Assembly: GCA_013239625.1 (NCBI GenBank)
Contig: MU054212.1
Span: 9,906,898 to 9,970,897, forward strand
DNA length: 64,000 nucleotides
Reading direction: 5' to 3'
Origin: Lama guanicoe
Lineage: Eukaryota
Positions 11,827 through 23,949 of this stretch are shown piece by piece (the stretch's first letter is position 1; every line of letters begins with the position of its first letter). Made by a program: the position numbers and the translations under genes. The notes under the pieces were generated by a model, which worked only from the letters and a program-made list of their open reading frames with translations, had not been told where the DNA came from and made no database searches.

Positions 11827-11973
11827 AAAACATTTTTCCAGTGAAGACGAGATGGCCAATAGGCACACGAAAAAATGCTCACCATCACTAATTATCAGAG
11901 ATATGCATGTCAAAACTACAGCGAGGTATCACCTCACACCAGTCAGAATGGCCATCATTCAAAAATCCACAAA

Positions 11974-12117
11974 CAAGATGTACGAAATTCAAGGAACTTT
12001 GAGAAATTCACTACCATTACCATTTACTTGTGGCTGTCAAGTTTAGTAAGGCAGAGATTCCTACCTAAAGCCAATAAATGGGTATCCTTGAATAAATGTA
12101 AATGTATTAATTATTAA
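11974..12117 (+). other. Orphan polyadenylated insert within L1 (putative retroposed mRNA 3' end or transduction)
   Basis: Non-L1 sequence with AATAAA at 12073 and 12091, followed by an A-run; flanked by duplicated L1 target aaaaatccacaaa / aaaaagtccacaaa. Confidence 0.7.
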
Positions 12118-12395
12118 AAAAAGTCCACAAATGAAAAATGCTGGAGAGGGTGTAGAGAAAAGGAGACCCATCTACATTGTTGGTGGGAATGCAGCTTGCT
12201 GCAGCCTTCATGGAAAACAGTGTGGAGATTACTTAAAAAACTAAAAATAGACTTACCAGCAATCCCACTTCTCAGCATATATCTAATTTGAAAAGATACA
12301 TGCACTCCAGTGTTTACAGTAGCACTGTTTATAATAGCCAAGTTGTGGAAGCAACCCAAAAGTCCACTGATAGATAATTGGATAAAGAAGTTGTA

Positions 12396-12429
<34 letters not shown>

Positions 12430-12463
12430 GTATATGTATATATACGCATACAGACACACACAC
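12396..12463. repeat. (GT)n(AT)n(AC)n compound microsatellite inside L1
   Basis: Seen directly. Confidence 0.95.
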
Positions 12464-13067
12464 AGTGGAATACTACTTAGTCATAAAAAGAATAAAATAA
12501 TGCCATTTGCAGCAACATGAATGGACCTGGAGATTGTCATACTAAGTGAAGTAAACCAGAAAGAGAAAGAAAAATACCATATGATATCACTCATATGTGG
12601 TATAAAAAAATGACACAAATAAACTGATTTACAAAATAGAAACAGACTCACAGACATAGAAAACAAACTTATGGTTACCAGAGGGGAGACAGAGGGGTCG
12701 GGTGGAGGGATAAGTTAGGAGTTTAGGATTTGCAGATACTAACTGCTATATATAAAACAAATAAATACCAAGGTCCTACTGTTATAGCACAGGAAACTAT
12801 ATTGAATATCTTGTAATAGCCTATAATGAAAAAGAATAGGAAAAGGAATGTATGTATGTATGTATAACTGAATCACTATGCTGTACACCGGAAATTAACA
12901 TAACATTGTAAACTGACTATACTCATTAAAAAAACGAAATAAAGGTTTGTTGACTAAATGAGATCATCAGTTGCCCTTTAGGGAGCATTAATTTATGACA
13001 AGAATTATGCTAGGAATAAGCAGAGTGAAATAAAGACCTGTAGTTAAGGTCCATTGCATGGTAGAAC

Positions 13068-13630
13068 ATTCATTCATTCACTCATTCAACAAATGCCTAG
13101 TTAGTGCTTTGTACATTCCAGGCACAGTTCTAAGCATCTGTGGACCATGTACTGATTGATCACCATCCTTGCAGAACTTGCATTGTAGAGAAGGAAACAG
13201 ACAACAAACAGCAAATATAACAAATAAGGAAACTGAATAGTATGTGTTGGGTTGAGGAAATAAAAGATGGAAAAGGAGATAAGGGTATAGAGACTGAGAG
13301 GGTTGGGGTGAAAGTAATTTGAATTAGAGCGGTCAGGCCAGGCTTCATCAGAATGATTTTGCAAAAGAAGTAGGTAAGTGGCTGATGTAGTTAGCCGTAG
13401 CAGGTTTTTGCAGGAAGAGCAACTAGGAAGAGGGAACAAGCTATGCTAAAGCCTCAAGCTGTGGCACGTTTGAGGAACAGCACGGAGTTCAGCGTGGCTG
13501 GAGTGAGATAGTGTGAGCAGGGGTGACGATTTTAGAGGGATGCTGGGGACCACATCATGAGGGCTTGTAGGCCATTGTAAGGCTTCGGTTTTTCCTCTGA
13601 GTCAAATGAGAAGTGCCATTGAAGGGTTCT
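13068..13630 (-). mobile_element. L2 (L2a-like) 3' region
   Basis: cattcattcattcactcattcaacaaatg...ccaggcacagttctaagc...gggcttgtaggccattgtaagg. Confidence 0.9.
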
Positions 13631-15319
13631 GATGCTTGGTAATAAATAATTACATGTGTGTTCTGAATATGTATATTTTTACCCAAAGAGGAACATTTAG
13701 CTTTCTGTTTCATTTGCATATGAATTACATTTCTTGGCTCTTATATTGCTTTATATTTATTTACTTTTTCAAAGAACATTTTCATGTAGTATTATCCTAA
13801 AACAATAATTATAAAGAAAGGAGAGGCTGGTAATATTATCATCTTCCCTCTGTATGTCACCTTTATGGGGACCGTCACTGGCCCAGGGTTGAGATGAAAA
13901 TTGTGCCTCGAATCTTTGTGACTCAGCTACCCAGGAGAGGGGGCTTTTAGGGGCTGGCTTCTCCCTTACCAGCCTCCCAGTACTCATATCATAGGGTCTT
14001 GGAGAAAGAAACTTAATCAACAGAGTCAAATGGGTGGTGAGATGAGTTCCACATAATCCCCACTTGCATCGAATCTGAATATCTCTTAATAAAACTCACA
14101 GTTGTTGTGGGGAAGGGATATGGGGCTCCCGTCTCTCCAGCCCGCTGAGCCGCCACCTGTTCCCGGCAGGGGCTGCACTGCTGATCCCCTGAGCACCATC
14201 GCTTATTGCCCAGCCTAATCTCCCTTCCAGGAGGGGAATAACCACGGGTCTGTGAGCTGCACTGGAGTCTCTCCCCAGTTCCATCAGGGCCTGGATGGTC
14301 TCTGCCTGCATCATGCTACCAGTGACCCCAGAGTGACAACCACCCTCCCCTGGAATTCCGAGGGGGCTTTTCTTTTTCGGTGACTGATACCCACTCGCTC
14401 ATGTTTCGTTGTCTCAGGCCTGGTGAAAGTAGGGCTGCTTCCCTTCCCTCGGCTGGGCCTCAGTTTATTTTTATATTATTTATTCCATCGCTGGGTGACA
14501 GCTGCTGCTGGATGTGAGACCAAGATTGGCAAAGAGGGTTTCACGATCATCCCTAAAGCTGCTGTCGGGCACAGGGTTCAGAAAACTGCATGACACTGCC
14601 CGGATGGGCGCTGCTTGGTTTTCCTAGTATGTCTCCAGCAACAGTTAAGCAAGCACTTCATCAGTGGCAGCAGGGATGAGAGGCGTTGGTGTCTGAGGAG
14701 GGATTGGAAGGGTCCCATCTTTTGACGTGAATGTTAAGAGCAGGAGGAGCCCATTTTAACCATTTTCTTCGTGTTTCTCCTTCATAAAAAGCCCATTGTG
14801 TGCCCCTGCCTGCTTTTTCTCTTTCTTTGGGAACAAACGGAGCTTCTGTAAATCTTAGACTTAATCTTCTTTGAACACCACATTTAACATGTTAATACTT
14901 GCTGAAAAGTCTCCAGTGGAGATGTGTTTCACCATGGCCCCTCCCACCTCTCAAACTTGAGCCCCCACTGGTTCCTAAAACCATCTCCGTTAGAGCCCAG
15001 CTTCTTGTTCACTCTTGCAACGCAGAACATCGCCCGTTGTGTTTCAGGCAGGCTGACGTATGGAAGGGGACGGTCAGGACGTGTTTCTTTGGAGGTGAAG
15101 TACATCTCTCTGCGAGGCTCAGAGAATTCCTTCGGAGAGAGTTCTCAGCACCACTTGGGAGCGTTGAGTCCAAAGTGATCAAGTTGGATACCAGTTGGGG
15201 TTTAATCGGAGCCCTGCTCCCAGTTGACAAGACCCATACAAAGTCAACCAGTTTCCCTCTGGCTCTCTTTGGTGATCCCCTGTTCTCTCTTTCTCTTCCC
15301 GTTTGGTCCCCGACACCGA

Positions 15320-15710
15320 GCAGGGGCTGGGTTTTATGCTAGCAAACTTGGGCAACAATAGATATGATTGTCAGCCTCCCTGGGGCTGGCTGGGTTTTTA
15401 TGAAATTAGACATATTTGTCTTGATGTTTAGGAGCGAGCATGAAATTCAAATCTCTGTGTTGGCATTCCGCGGGCTCGGCCTTTAATATTCAATGACATG
15501 ACTTCATTGCGGCTTTGACAACACTGTATAGAAGCTGTGCTTACCATTGAAAATTAAAGCCCCCGAAAGCGTTGACAACAGCAAAATTGTGAATGCTTCT
15601 CGGCTCCTGAAGCGATTGCTATTCCAGTTTGTCCAGAAGTGCTTATTGTGTTTGTAATGCCGTCAGTTCCACTTAAAGACGACTTGAAGTTGATGGCATA
15701 TAGGTAAGTA
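15320..15710. promoter_or_regulatory. Candidate conserved element / noncoding exon
   Basis: Repeat-free; retained CpGs; multiple TGACA/TGTCA and TTTTATG motifs; ends in splice donor TAG|GTAAGT at 15703/15704. Confidence 0.4.
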
Positions 15711-18700
15711 CCAAAGAAATCTGTCTTCCTTCCTCTCCCCACGACACCATCGCCTCTCACACAACCTTCCCACCGAGGGCCTGTTTGCATTTGGTTATAG
15801 AGCCCCCGAGTCCCTCAGCTTCTGATCTGGTTGACTGTATTTCTCTTTCAAGTTCCCAGGACCAGACTTTTCATTTTTCCTTTTGTTCATGTGCCTTTTC
15901 TTCTTCCTCTTTTTTTGCCGCGTGGGTATCAGGGACTTTGAGTTTTAGTGACTTTACTGCACAAGTTCCCCGAGCGTGTGACTCATCTCCTTTTGCGTGT
16001 AAAGCAGTTCTTGGGTGGAGGGGTGTGAAGGGGGATTTGGTACCTGAGGAAGGATTCTGGAAGAAACTGTCTTTTGAAATGAATGCTAAGCGTAGGGAGA
16101 GACCACTCTATTAACCATGATTTCAGTTTGGGTCTTTGTCATGTTGAAAATGGTAAAAAGAAAACTTAAAAATAATTATGTAATAATGGTCAGCTCTGCT
16201 GTGGGCGGTGGTAGTGGCATTAAAGCAGATGAATTAGCAGAGGATTCTCACAGCCCCTTTCCTAGGTTGGATGCTTGGTTCGGTCTTTGAAGGAGATTTC
16301 CTCCTGTTTCACAAGTCAACATAGGATGATTTTATCAGGAAAGGATTCTTTATACAAGCCTTCCATCTTCAAGCAAGCTGAGGCTCTTGGAATGTAAAAC
16401 TAAGATGCAGATAGGAGAGCTGGGCGGACTGCCTGGGGCGCTGAGAGCAGTGATCCTGGAGGGCGCCTTGTGGCAGATGGAGGGGCCACGTCTGCAGGAA
16501 GGACCCGGCGTGACAGAACAGCTAGGTGAGTGCCCACACTGGCAGTCTTGGAGGGCCAATGAGAGGGAAGCTCCCAGGCTCCAGCCTCCTGCTTTCCTCA
16601 ACACACTCCTCACTGTCAACCACTTTCCCCCACTTTCCCAGACCCTGCTGGAGCAAGAGAGGTTTCTTACAGTGGATGCTGAGCATGCCTTTCAGTTTCC
16701 AAGCAACCTCCTTGGCTTTTGGAAAAGAAGAAGCCCCTTGCCAGAGCAGGGCTGCTGTGGGGCACTTTGAATGGCGAAGCACCAGGATACAAACATCTGT
16801 ACCCCGTACTCTTCTTGGACACGTCATAATTCCTGAGAGCTGGCATAGTCTCTCCTGGTCCCTGACTTTTCAGGAGGACTGTGCCATTATCGGATGCCTG
16901 GTACTCAGATACCTTCCCAGGAAGCCCCGGTACTCAGAGATGCCGTGTTTGTTACTTTTCAGCAGCCCTTGAAGCCTTGACAAGTTGTTGGTGTCAAAGG
17001 ATTCAGTCAAATTAAGGAACATGGCTGGATTTTATCATTTTAAAAATATTTTTAAAGTAGAAGATTTTTTTTTCATTTGTTTGGCACTTGTTAACTTTCT
17101 TAGTCAGCTCACACCCTGGCTCGTTCATTTCTTTAAAGGATCCTGATCTCGTTTGCTATATGTGCCACCCTTCCGTGACCATCCACAGGGCAGGTGTCGT
17201 GGTCCCTTGAGTGGATTGGAGGCTTGAGGGTGGGCCCTGGTGTCCACCTCCTGACTTTGCACCATCAAATTCTTTCTTTGGTGCCTAACTTCTCTTCCTT
17301 TGGGGGCCATATTTTTTATTTTTTATTTTTTGGACTTCTGTCTGGAACTTTCACACATGGCATTGCTCCATGGCCCTTTGAACGTGAATAAGTTAGACAT
17401 CATCCAAATGCAACTTCATTTTGGTTTTCTGGCGTGTTTTAAACTTCCTTAGTGAGGATACTTTTCCCAGTGCTTGATGAAGACTGTGGCAGGTCCCATG
17501 GCTTTTCTGCTCATTTTTAGATGCTAGACAAGGCTGTGACTATTGTTGTAGGCCATAAACACAGGCTAAAGCCAATGATTAGTACACACCATCTTATATG
17601 ATGGTCAGAACTCTGAACTGGGCTTGGAATTGCGTATACTTCCCTGGCCTGATTTGAACTGCTTCAGGCTGGAAGCCCGGGGTGGGACATAGTTCTTGGG
17701 CTGTCTGCTGCTCTCTGGCTCCCTGCTAATCTCCTCCTTGACTTGGTCACTAGGCCCTGTAATGAGTCTCACAAGGTTGGAAGTGTGGGAGGGAGGAGTG
17801 GTGAGTGGAGTGAGACACTATCTGCTTGTCTGGGGTCATCATGGTGTCTGGTATTGGACAATGGATAGAACTGATTCTTTTGAGGACACTTTCTTGGGAT
17901 CTTCAGGGGTTCCCTGCTGGGTCCCTTTGTTCTGGAGTTGCCTGACCTGTGTGTGACCCCTGTCTAATTCATTTGGACACTTGTGACATCTTCCTTTGCC
18001 ATGGGCATCCAGTGGTATACCTTGAGTCTTTTCCTGCTGAGGACCATCCTTTTTCTAGGCAGTTCCATTTGCTAGGACCCCAGAAGGCCCTAGATAGCCT
18101 CTCTCTACCTGGCCCACATCTGGTCCATGAGACACATTCATCCATTTCTCACTTTCTTCTCGGAGCGAAGGCCAGTTGCGGTGAAGGATCCCTCACCATT
18201 GCAGCCTTCGGCCAGTTCTGCCCTCACCGAGCAGATTTCCAAGTAGAAGCCAGACTCCTGCCTCCAGTCCCCTTAATCTTCTCAGATGTGAGTCGGGTGG
18301 CAGTACTCTGTGTCTTTTAAGTGCAGAAATACATTTCAAATTCCTGTCTGTGGTCCTGTTGGAGAACCCCTCATTAGGTATGGGGAGAGAACATAGCATT
18401 TTCCACTTTCTTTAAATCCTTGATAGAGCTGAGGGGTCCAAAAGTTGCAAAACCGTGTTAGACTTTTGTAAATTCTGCAGAAAGGGGCAGAGTTTAAAAA
18501 ATGAAGCAGGCAGTGTCCCATTCTATCTTGTTGCATGTGCTTGCTTCTTGAAAGGGACTTACAGACTAGATGAGAGGCCAAAACAAAATGAGAATAAGGT
18601 TAAGAAGCAAGAAAAGAGATGTCACAAGTCAAGTAGCTGGCAGTCTCAGTTGCACAGCACAGACAATTAGCGTTACCATTCGGGTGAGGGCTGTGGTGGG

Positions 18701-20019
18701 TGGCGGAAAAGGGGACACAGGGTGAAGTCATAATGTGTGTGTTCAGAGCATTCAGTCTTAGCCTTCTTGCAATCTTGTTGCTTTTCTACGTGAAATACAA
18801 GATCCAAGCATTCTGAGACGATGAGCCAAGTTTCAAGGATTCTCCTGGCTGGGGACAACTGGCTGAGAAAAATGTGTCCAGGTCCAGGCAGCTCCTGCAG
18901 GGAGGTGCTGAGGAAGATGAAATGCACACTTATACTAAGTACCATATGCACAGAAACCTTGTCCTTTTAACCTACATGTGTTTTTGACTAATTCCAGAAA
19001 CCTCCTGAGAAATTCAGTACCTGGGAGAAGGGGTAACTTGGATCAGCAACAGTCACTTTGCAGAAACATTTAGACCCCCAATTCATTTACTGTATTTAGA
19101 CACAATATTCCAGGCATTTTGAGATACAGTAAAGGCCCTCAGGTAGCTATGAGATGAGTGTCATATACGCAACAACTGGCTCACTGCTGGGGACAGTGGA
19201 AGGACACATCTGGGTGTGAGGACAGCAAGTACCTGGTCAGTTCAGCTGGAGGGATGACTTCCTGGTGCTGTCGTCCAGGAAGACACCAGAAGATGGGAAC
19301 TGACTGTGTCTCACCCTGGTCTTCAGCGCCTCGCCAGGGGCTGGCTTCCTGGCTGCGCTCAGCCATGGCCCCTGGGATCCCCCAATGCACAGGTGTTAAC
19401 TGTACTCAACGTTGGCAAAGACTTCGCAGGGTCTCTCACTCACCACTCCCAAACCCGAAGAGCCCAGCACTTTCAGAATTTTCAGACAGCGCTTAAGAAG
19501 TACCCAGGGCATTTCTGGGGCACACAATAAGTCTTCCCTAAGTATTTGTGGGTTTATTGAGCGAGAAGCTAAGCGGGATGTCTGGGGTCATGTGATGCAA
19601 GCTGTCTCTAGCTTGGACCCTGACTGGGATGGAGCCCAGAGGCTGTACTGGGAAAGACAAAGTCAAGCCTGAGAGGGTGGTCCCAGCGGAACAGAGATGC
19701 CCCTCAAGAGCCTTTGCCCTCTGGGCATTTCTCTCCACCTTCCTATTCCTTTGGCAGGTATTGGCCTGACATCCCCCTGGGGGGATTTGCTACCCAGACT
19801 TTCTCTGTCTGGAGGACAATGACTATATTTGTTACAAAACTTTCACCAGGCTTCCGTTAGGGGCACTTTGAATTGGAATGGCTTTGGGGATGGAGTGGCA
19901 GAGAACTCCTAGCCTCTCACAGCCTCAGTTCTTTATTGCCAGAAGGTTCCACTTTATGAGTATATTAACTTTAACTCCTGAAACTAAGGGTCATTTTCTC
20001 CGTCTCTGATCCTGCTGGG

Positions 20020-20600
20020 AAAGCGTCCCACCAGCGTCTTTTCTGGCGCAGCTCACCTCCCCGAGGACACGTTCAGGGCTGAGTGAGGAAGTTCGTCATC
20101 AGCTTTGGGCTTCCTCACCCTGCGACCTTCCGCAGGGGGGCGCTGGTGCTCACCCTCCCTATGGACTCTGCTAGGAAAATTCCAGGGTAAGTGGAGGCAA
20201 CTTTGCAGGGGGTATTGGCCCACCAGTGTTTGTACTAGAAAACGAAAAGTTGCCACTGAAGGTTGTGAGCCCCAGATAAGCAGCTGGAGGACCCTGAGTC
20301 CCTGAAGTCAGGTCACCGGGTGACTTCCGGTTGTGCCCACGTCCGAGAGCTCCAGAGCGCGGAGCCACAAGGGTGGACCTGGCTTCCTCGCCTCCCTCCA
20401 GCTGACGGGAGGTTTCTCAAGTTACAGACTGAATCCACTGTTTAATTTCTAACCTCCCATGGTTCCCAATTTAGGGCTCGCCTATGGGGTCCAACCGCTC
20501 AATTAGGGCAGACACTCAAGGCGGTGGCTGCTCTGACTGTGTGGTGGGAGGCGGCAGCCCGTCCTGGATGCGGGAGCCGTTCATTCCTCCATGACAGCCT
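20020..20600. promoter_or_regulatory. CpG-enriched candidate cis-regulatory region
   Basis: Elevated CpG; CTCF-like site at 20130; ETS core ACTTCCGG near 20323. Confidence 0.45.
20130..20145 (+). promoter_or_regulatory. CTCF motif CCGCAGGGGGGCGCTG
   Basis: Fits the CCGCNNGGNGGCGC form of the CTCF core. Confidence 0.55.
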
Positions 20601-20929
20601 CCTTCAGGGTGTCTTTATCTGGTAGCATCTTGGTTGTCGGTTAATGCCATGGCAAACATCAGGTACCGCTGACCTGAGACCAACACTGGGACATCCGTTA
20701 GGCCTTGAAAAACTGGGGCAGTCAAGGGAGAGGGGCAGCAGAATGGAGAAAACAGAAGCTCATGGTAGAATTGAAGACAACAAAGGAAATCTTCCCTGGC
20801 TTTGACATTTGCCGAAAGTGACCCCTGTGGTCCACGCTCCCCTCTCTGTGGGGTTTTAAACCACCTGCTCTGATTTTCTGATAATACAAATAGCAACTCT
20901 CTGTGGAGCACCTGCCTTTAAGCAGACAG

Positions 20930-21040
20930 TTTTTACTTTCTCCTTTACAAATGAATGAATGGAGACTCAGAGAGGTTAATAATCTTCCCAAGGCACCACA
21001 GCCAGTTGGTGGCAGAGCTGGCATGGAATCCAAGTGTGTT
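20930..21040 (-). mobile_element. MIR SINE
   Basis: tttacaaatgaatgaatggagactcagagaggttaataatcttcccaaggcaccacagcc. Confidence 0.8.
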
Positions 21041-21724
21041 CCTGAAGCTTTTCTGCCCCTCTGTTGCCCTCTTACCGCTTTCTCTCTCTTTCTGGTCTGA
21101 ACTGGGTACTGGCACGAGTTTCAAGGCAGCGGGAAAATACTGATTTATCTGGACTGTTCATTTGGTTCTGTGAGGAGTCAAGGAGGAAGGGCATGGAGAG
21201 GGCTGGGATGTAGTTTAGGACACTTTTTATGAAAGACTCACAAGATTTGTACACTCTGGTTCTGTGCACTCTTTTCTCTCCCTCCTGTTCTTGGCAACTG
21301 TCCCTTAAGCCCGTCTGTTCTCTGCCTCTAATATATTATGCTGATATTTTATTACCAAACAATTACATCCACTAATTTGAAAAGGAAACGAGCAGGAAAT
21401 TGCAATTATAAGAGTAAAAGCAATGCTCTTTTATTTCTCCCCTTTATGCATATGAAATATGGTTTGCCATTCCTGCAAAACAGACTTTCCTCCTCTTCTG
21501 TGGCTCTTCATTGCCTTGTCTTTAATAATTGAGCAGAAACAAGAGTCATAATTAGATTCCTGATAACAGAGGAGATACCCACGGGTTTGCAGACGTGGAA
21601 GCTCAGCTTGGAGCCGGGGGGCCGCCATCATGCCTCTGTGGGAAAAAACATACTTCGTACTGTTTCATTTGAGTACCTTCCAAAGCAGTCTTTCCATCCG
21701 TGGTCGTCTAGGTAGATTATTTTT

Positions 21725-22075
21725 TCACCATCGTTGTTTCATCTCTGCCCTTGCCATGCTTTCCCACCCCATTGACTTTGGGCTTGGCCAAGACTTGCTT
21801 TGGTCAATGGAACATGAGTGGACGACATGGACACCTCATTTAACTGAGCAGAAGCTTTCAATGTGCTTGCACAACTTGGTCCTGCTTCCCTTGAGCGACG
21901 CTCAGGGTGGCAGCTGATCTGTCTAGGTCCCTGAGTGATTACGATGCACAGAAACGCCCTGCTAGCTCCTGACGGATGTGCAGCGAGAGCGAGGAATAGA
22001 CGTTTACTGTTTTAAGCCACTAAGATTTGGAGCTGTTTCTTTAATCACAGCATAGCCCAGCCCACCCTACTGATA
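21725..22075 (+). mobile_element. MaLR LTR (MLT1H/I-like)
   Basis: ccattgactttgggcttggcca...ttgctttggtcaatggaa...ctgttttaagccactaagatttgg. Confidence 0.8.
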
Positions 22076-22149
22076 TATCGATGATCTCATTTGGTTCTTA
22101 TTATATCCACAGGATTGAGAAAAGGCTGACCACGTTGGGTGATGTGTGG

Positions 22150-22370
22150 GAAAGAGTGTGTGATGTGAAATCAAAGGGACCTGAGTAAGAATGCTTTTTC
22201 CATCATCGCTGGCCGTGCAGGCTTAGCCAAGCAACCCGGTGTCTCTGAAATCCTGTCTCTTTATCTGTAACAAGGGAATAATAGTACTTACCTCAAAGGC
22301 TCTTGAGGCTCAGAGTCAGTGTTTGCCAGAGGTCCTAGCATAGTGCCCATCACAGAATAAACACCGGGTA
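22150..22370 (+). mobile_element. MIR SINE
   Basis: tttatctgtaacaagggaataatagtacttacctca...cctagcatagtgccc. Confidence 0.75.
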
Positions 22371-22699
22371 AAAGAGAGCTGCGAAAAAAAATTTTTTTCT
22401 TTAAATCCCTTTTTTGACGTTATTTCCATTGAGTAGATGAGAATGCCGAGTCTAAATCAACTGCAGGGACCTGCCCAAGCTAAATTCCTAACAGCTGGAG
22501 TGTGAGTTTCAGCTTCCAGAATCTGGATCCAGAGCCATCTCCCTGGACTAATACGTATTCACTGAGTTTTACGCCTGGAAAGGGGCAGTGGCAGTGCCAA
22601 GAAGTGAGAACACTGCTCCTTCCAGGAAAGCAGTCTACATGGTAAGATGAGCTGGATTTCAGAGTTAGCCTCCAAGAAGTCACTAGTTTATCTGAGGCA

Positions 22700-22795
22700 T
22701 GCGCTATTCAAGTTCCAACTTTGGGTGCATAAGAATCACCTGCGTAGCTTATCAAAATGCAGATTCCCTGGTTCAGCCCCTAGAATTTCTACCTT
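22700..22795. mobile_element. MER5-type hAT-Charlie fragment
   Basis: tgcataagaatcacctg...aaaatgcagattccctgg. Confidence 0.75.
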
Positions 22796-22824
22796 CGTAT
22801 TCTCCTACCTGATTAGAGGAAGTA

Positions 22825-23025
22825 GGGCATAGTGGACCCTGGGTTCACATCCCTCCTGACACCAACAAATGAATGACACAATCTTGGGCAACCTCTCTAT
22901 GCCTCCGCTTCTTCACGTGTGAAGAACAGGAGTGGTTATCTTATATTTGACGGTCAGTGTTAAGTTAGGAGATACACACGAAGCTCATGGCACTGAGCAA
23001 GCGCTCAGTAAGTGCTACCCATTGG
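22825..23025 (+). mobile_element. MIR SINE
   Basis: cctgggttcacatccc...tcttgggcaacctctctatgcctccgcttcttcacgtgtgaa. Confidence 0.75.
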
Positions 23026-23949
23026 TGCTCTGATGCTGCAATTCTGAGAACCACTAGTCCAGAAACTAGGGAATGGCCCAGGGCAACCCCTTCCTCGGGT
23101 GTCCTAGCTGGGTACACTCCCATGGGGATTTTTGGGGACGACGGCCTCCACCATTGTGAGGTCTCCTGGGGAGATTTCAAGTCACGGAAGCTCTGAATGT
23201 GGGGCATATCTGGGTCAAGGAGTTCTTCGCGGCGGCTTTCAACTGCACGTACGCTGCCTCTTCCTGTTCCGCCTTGCAGAGGTTTGCTCCCAAGAGAAGA
23301 TCTTCAGCAGTAAACTTTGTTTGGGAAGCATCTCTGGCTGGCAGGTGGGCAGCAGTCTGCAGAAGTTCCTGGCACTCGCTGGCCTGAGGCTGGAGTGAGG
23401 GCTGAATTTGTCTCAAATGGGTTGTTTGACTTGCTGCTCTCGCCCTGGGCCAAATGCCTCATTTTGCCCCTTGCTAATCATCAGAGAAGAGTCAATTTAC
23501 TACACGAGAGGTTTTCTTCTTCTTCTTTAATTTCTTTGAATAATTCATGCCCAGTTGAGGAGGATTAAACATGCTGCGATCTCCCACTCCAGCAAGAGCC
23601 ATGGGTGGAAACCTGGTTTCCCAGAGGAGGCTGAGGCCAGCCTCTCGGTGCTGCCAGGGACTGTTGGGTGCAGGGCCTTCTGGGCTGTCCCTCCTCTTTG
23701 TCCCGTTTGCCTGAACTGGCTCTCCCATTTTTCTTACTCCTCGAGGTCACCCTTCAGCAAGCCATTCTCCCAGCGTGACATGCCTGGGCTGTGAAAAGGC
23801 AGACCAGGTCTTCTTTGGGGAGAATTGGGCCCTGAACTGGGAAGGGCTGCCCTTTCCTGGGCCCAGAAGGCTGCTGCCACAGGTGTTCTGCCCTGAGCCA
23901 TGAAGGAGCTCTAGGGCATGCAGAGCGCGGTCCTAAACCAGACAGGCTG

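Larger units (their letters stand above)
11827..12937 (+). mobile_element. 5'-truncated L1 (end of ORF2 + 3'UTR + A tail)
   Basis: Translates as ORF2 C-terminus ([38 protein letters not shown]); near-perfect TSD aacaaatgtttgttga (11811-11826) / aataaaggtttgttga (12938-12953). Confidence 0.95.

Noticed and set aside
14899..15342. 147-aa plus ORF upstream of the candidate conserved block
   Set aside because: TTG start, no recognisable homology, no Kozak or exon structure.
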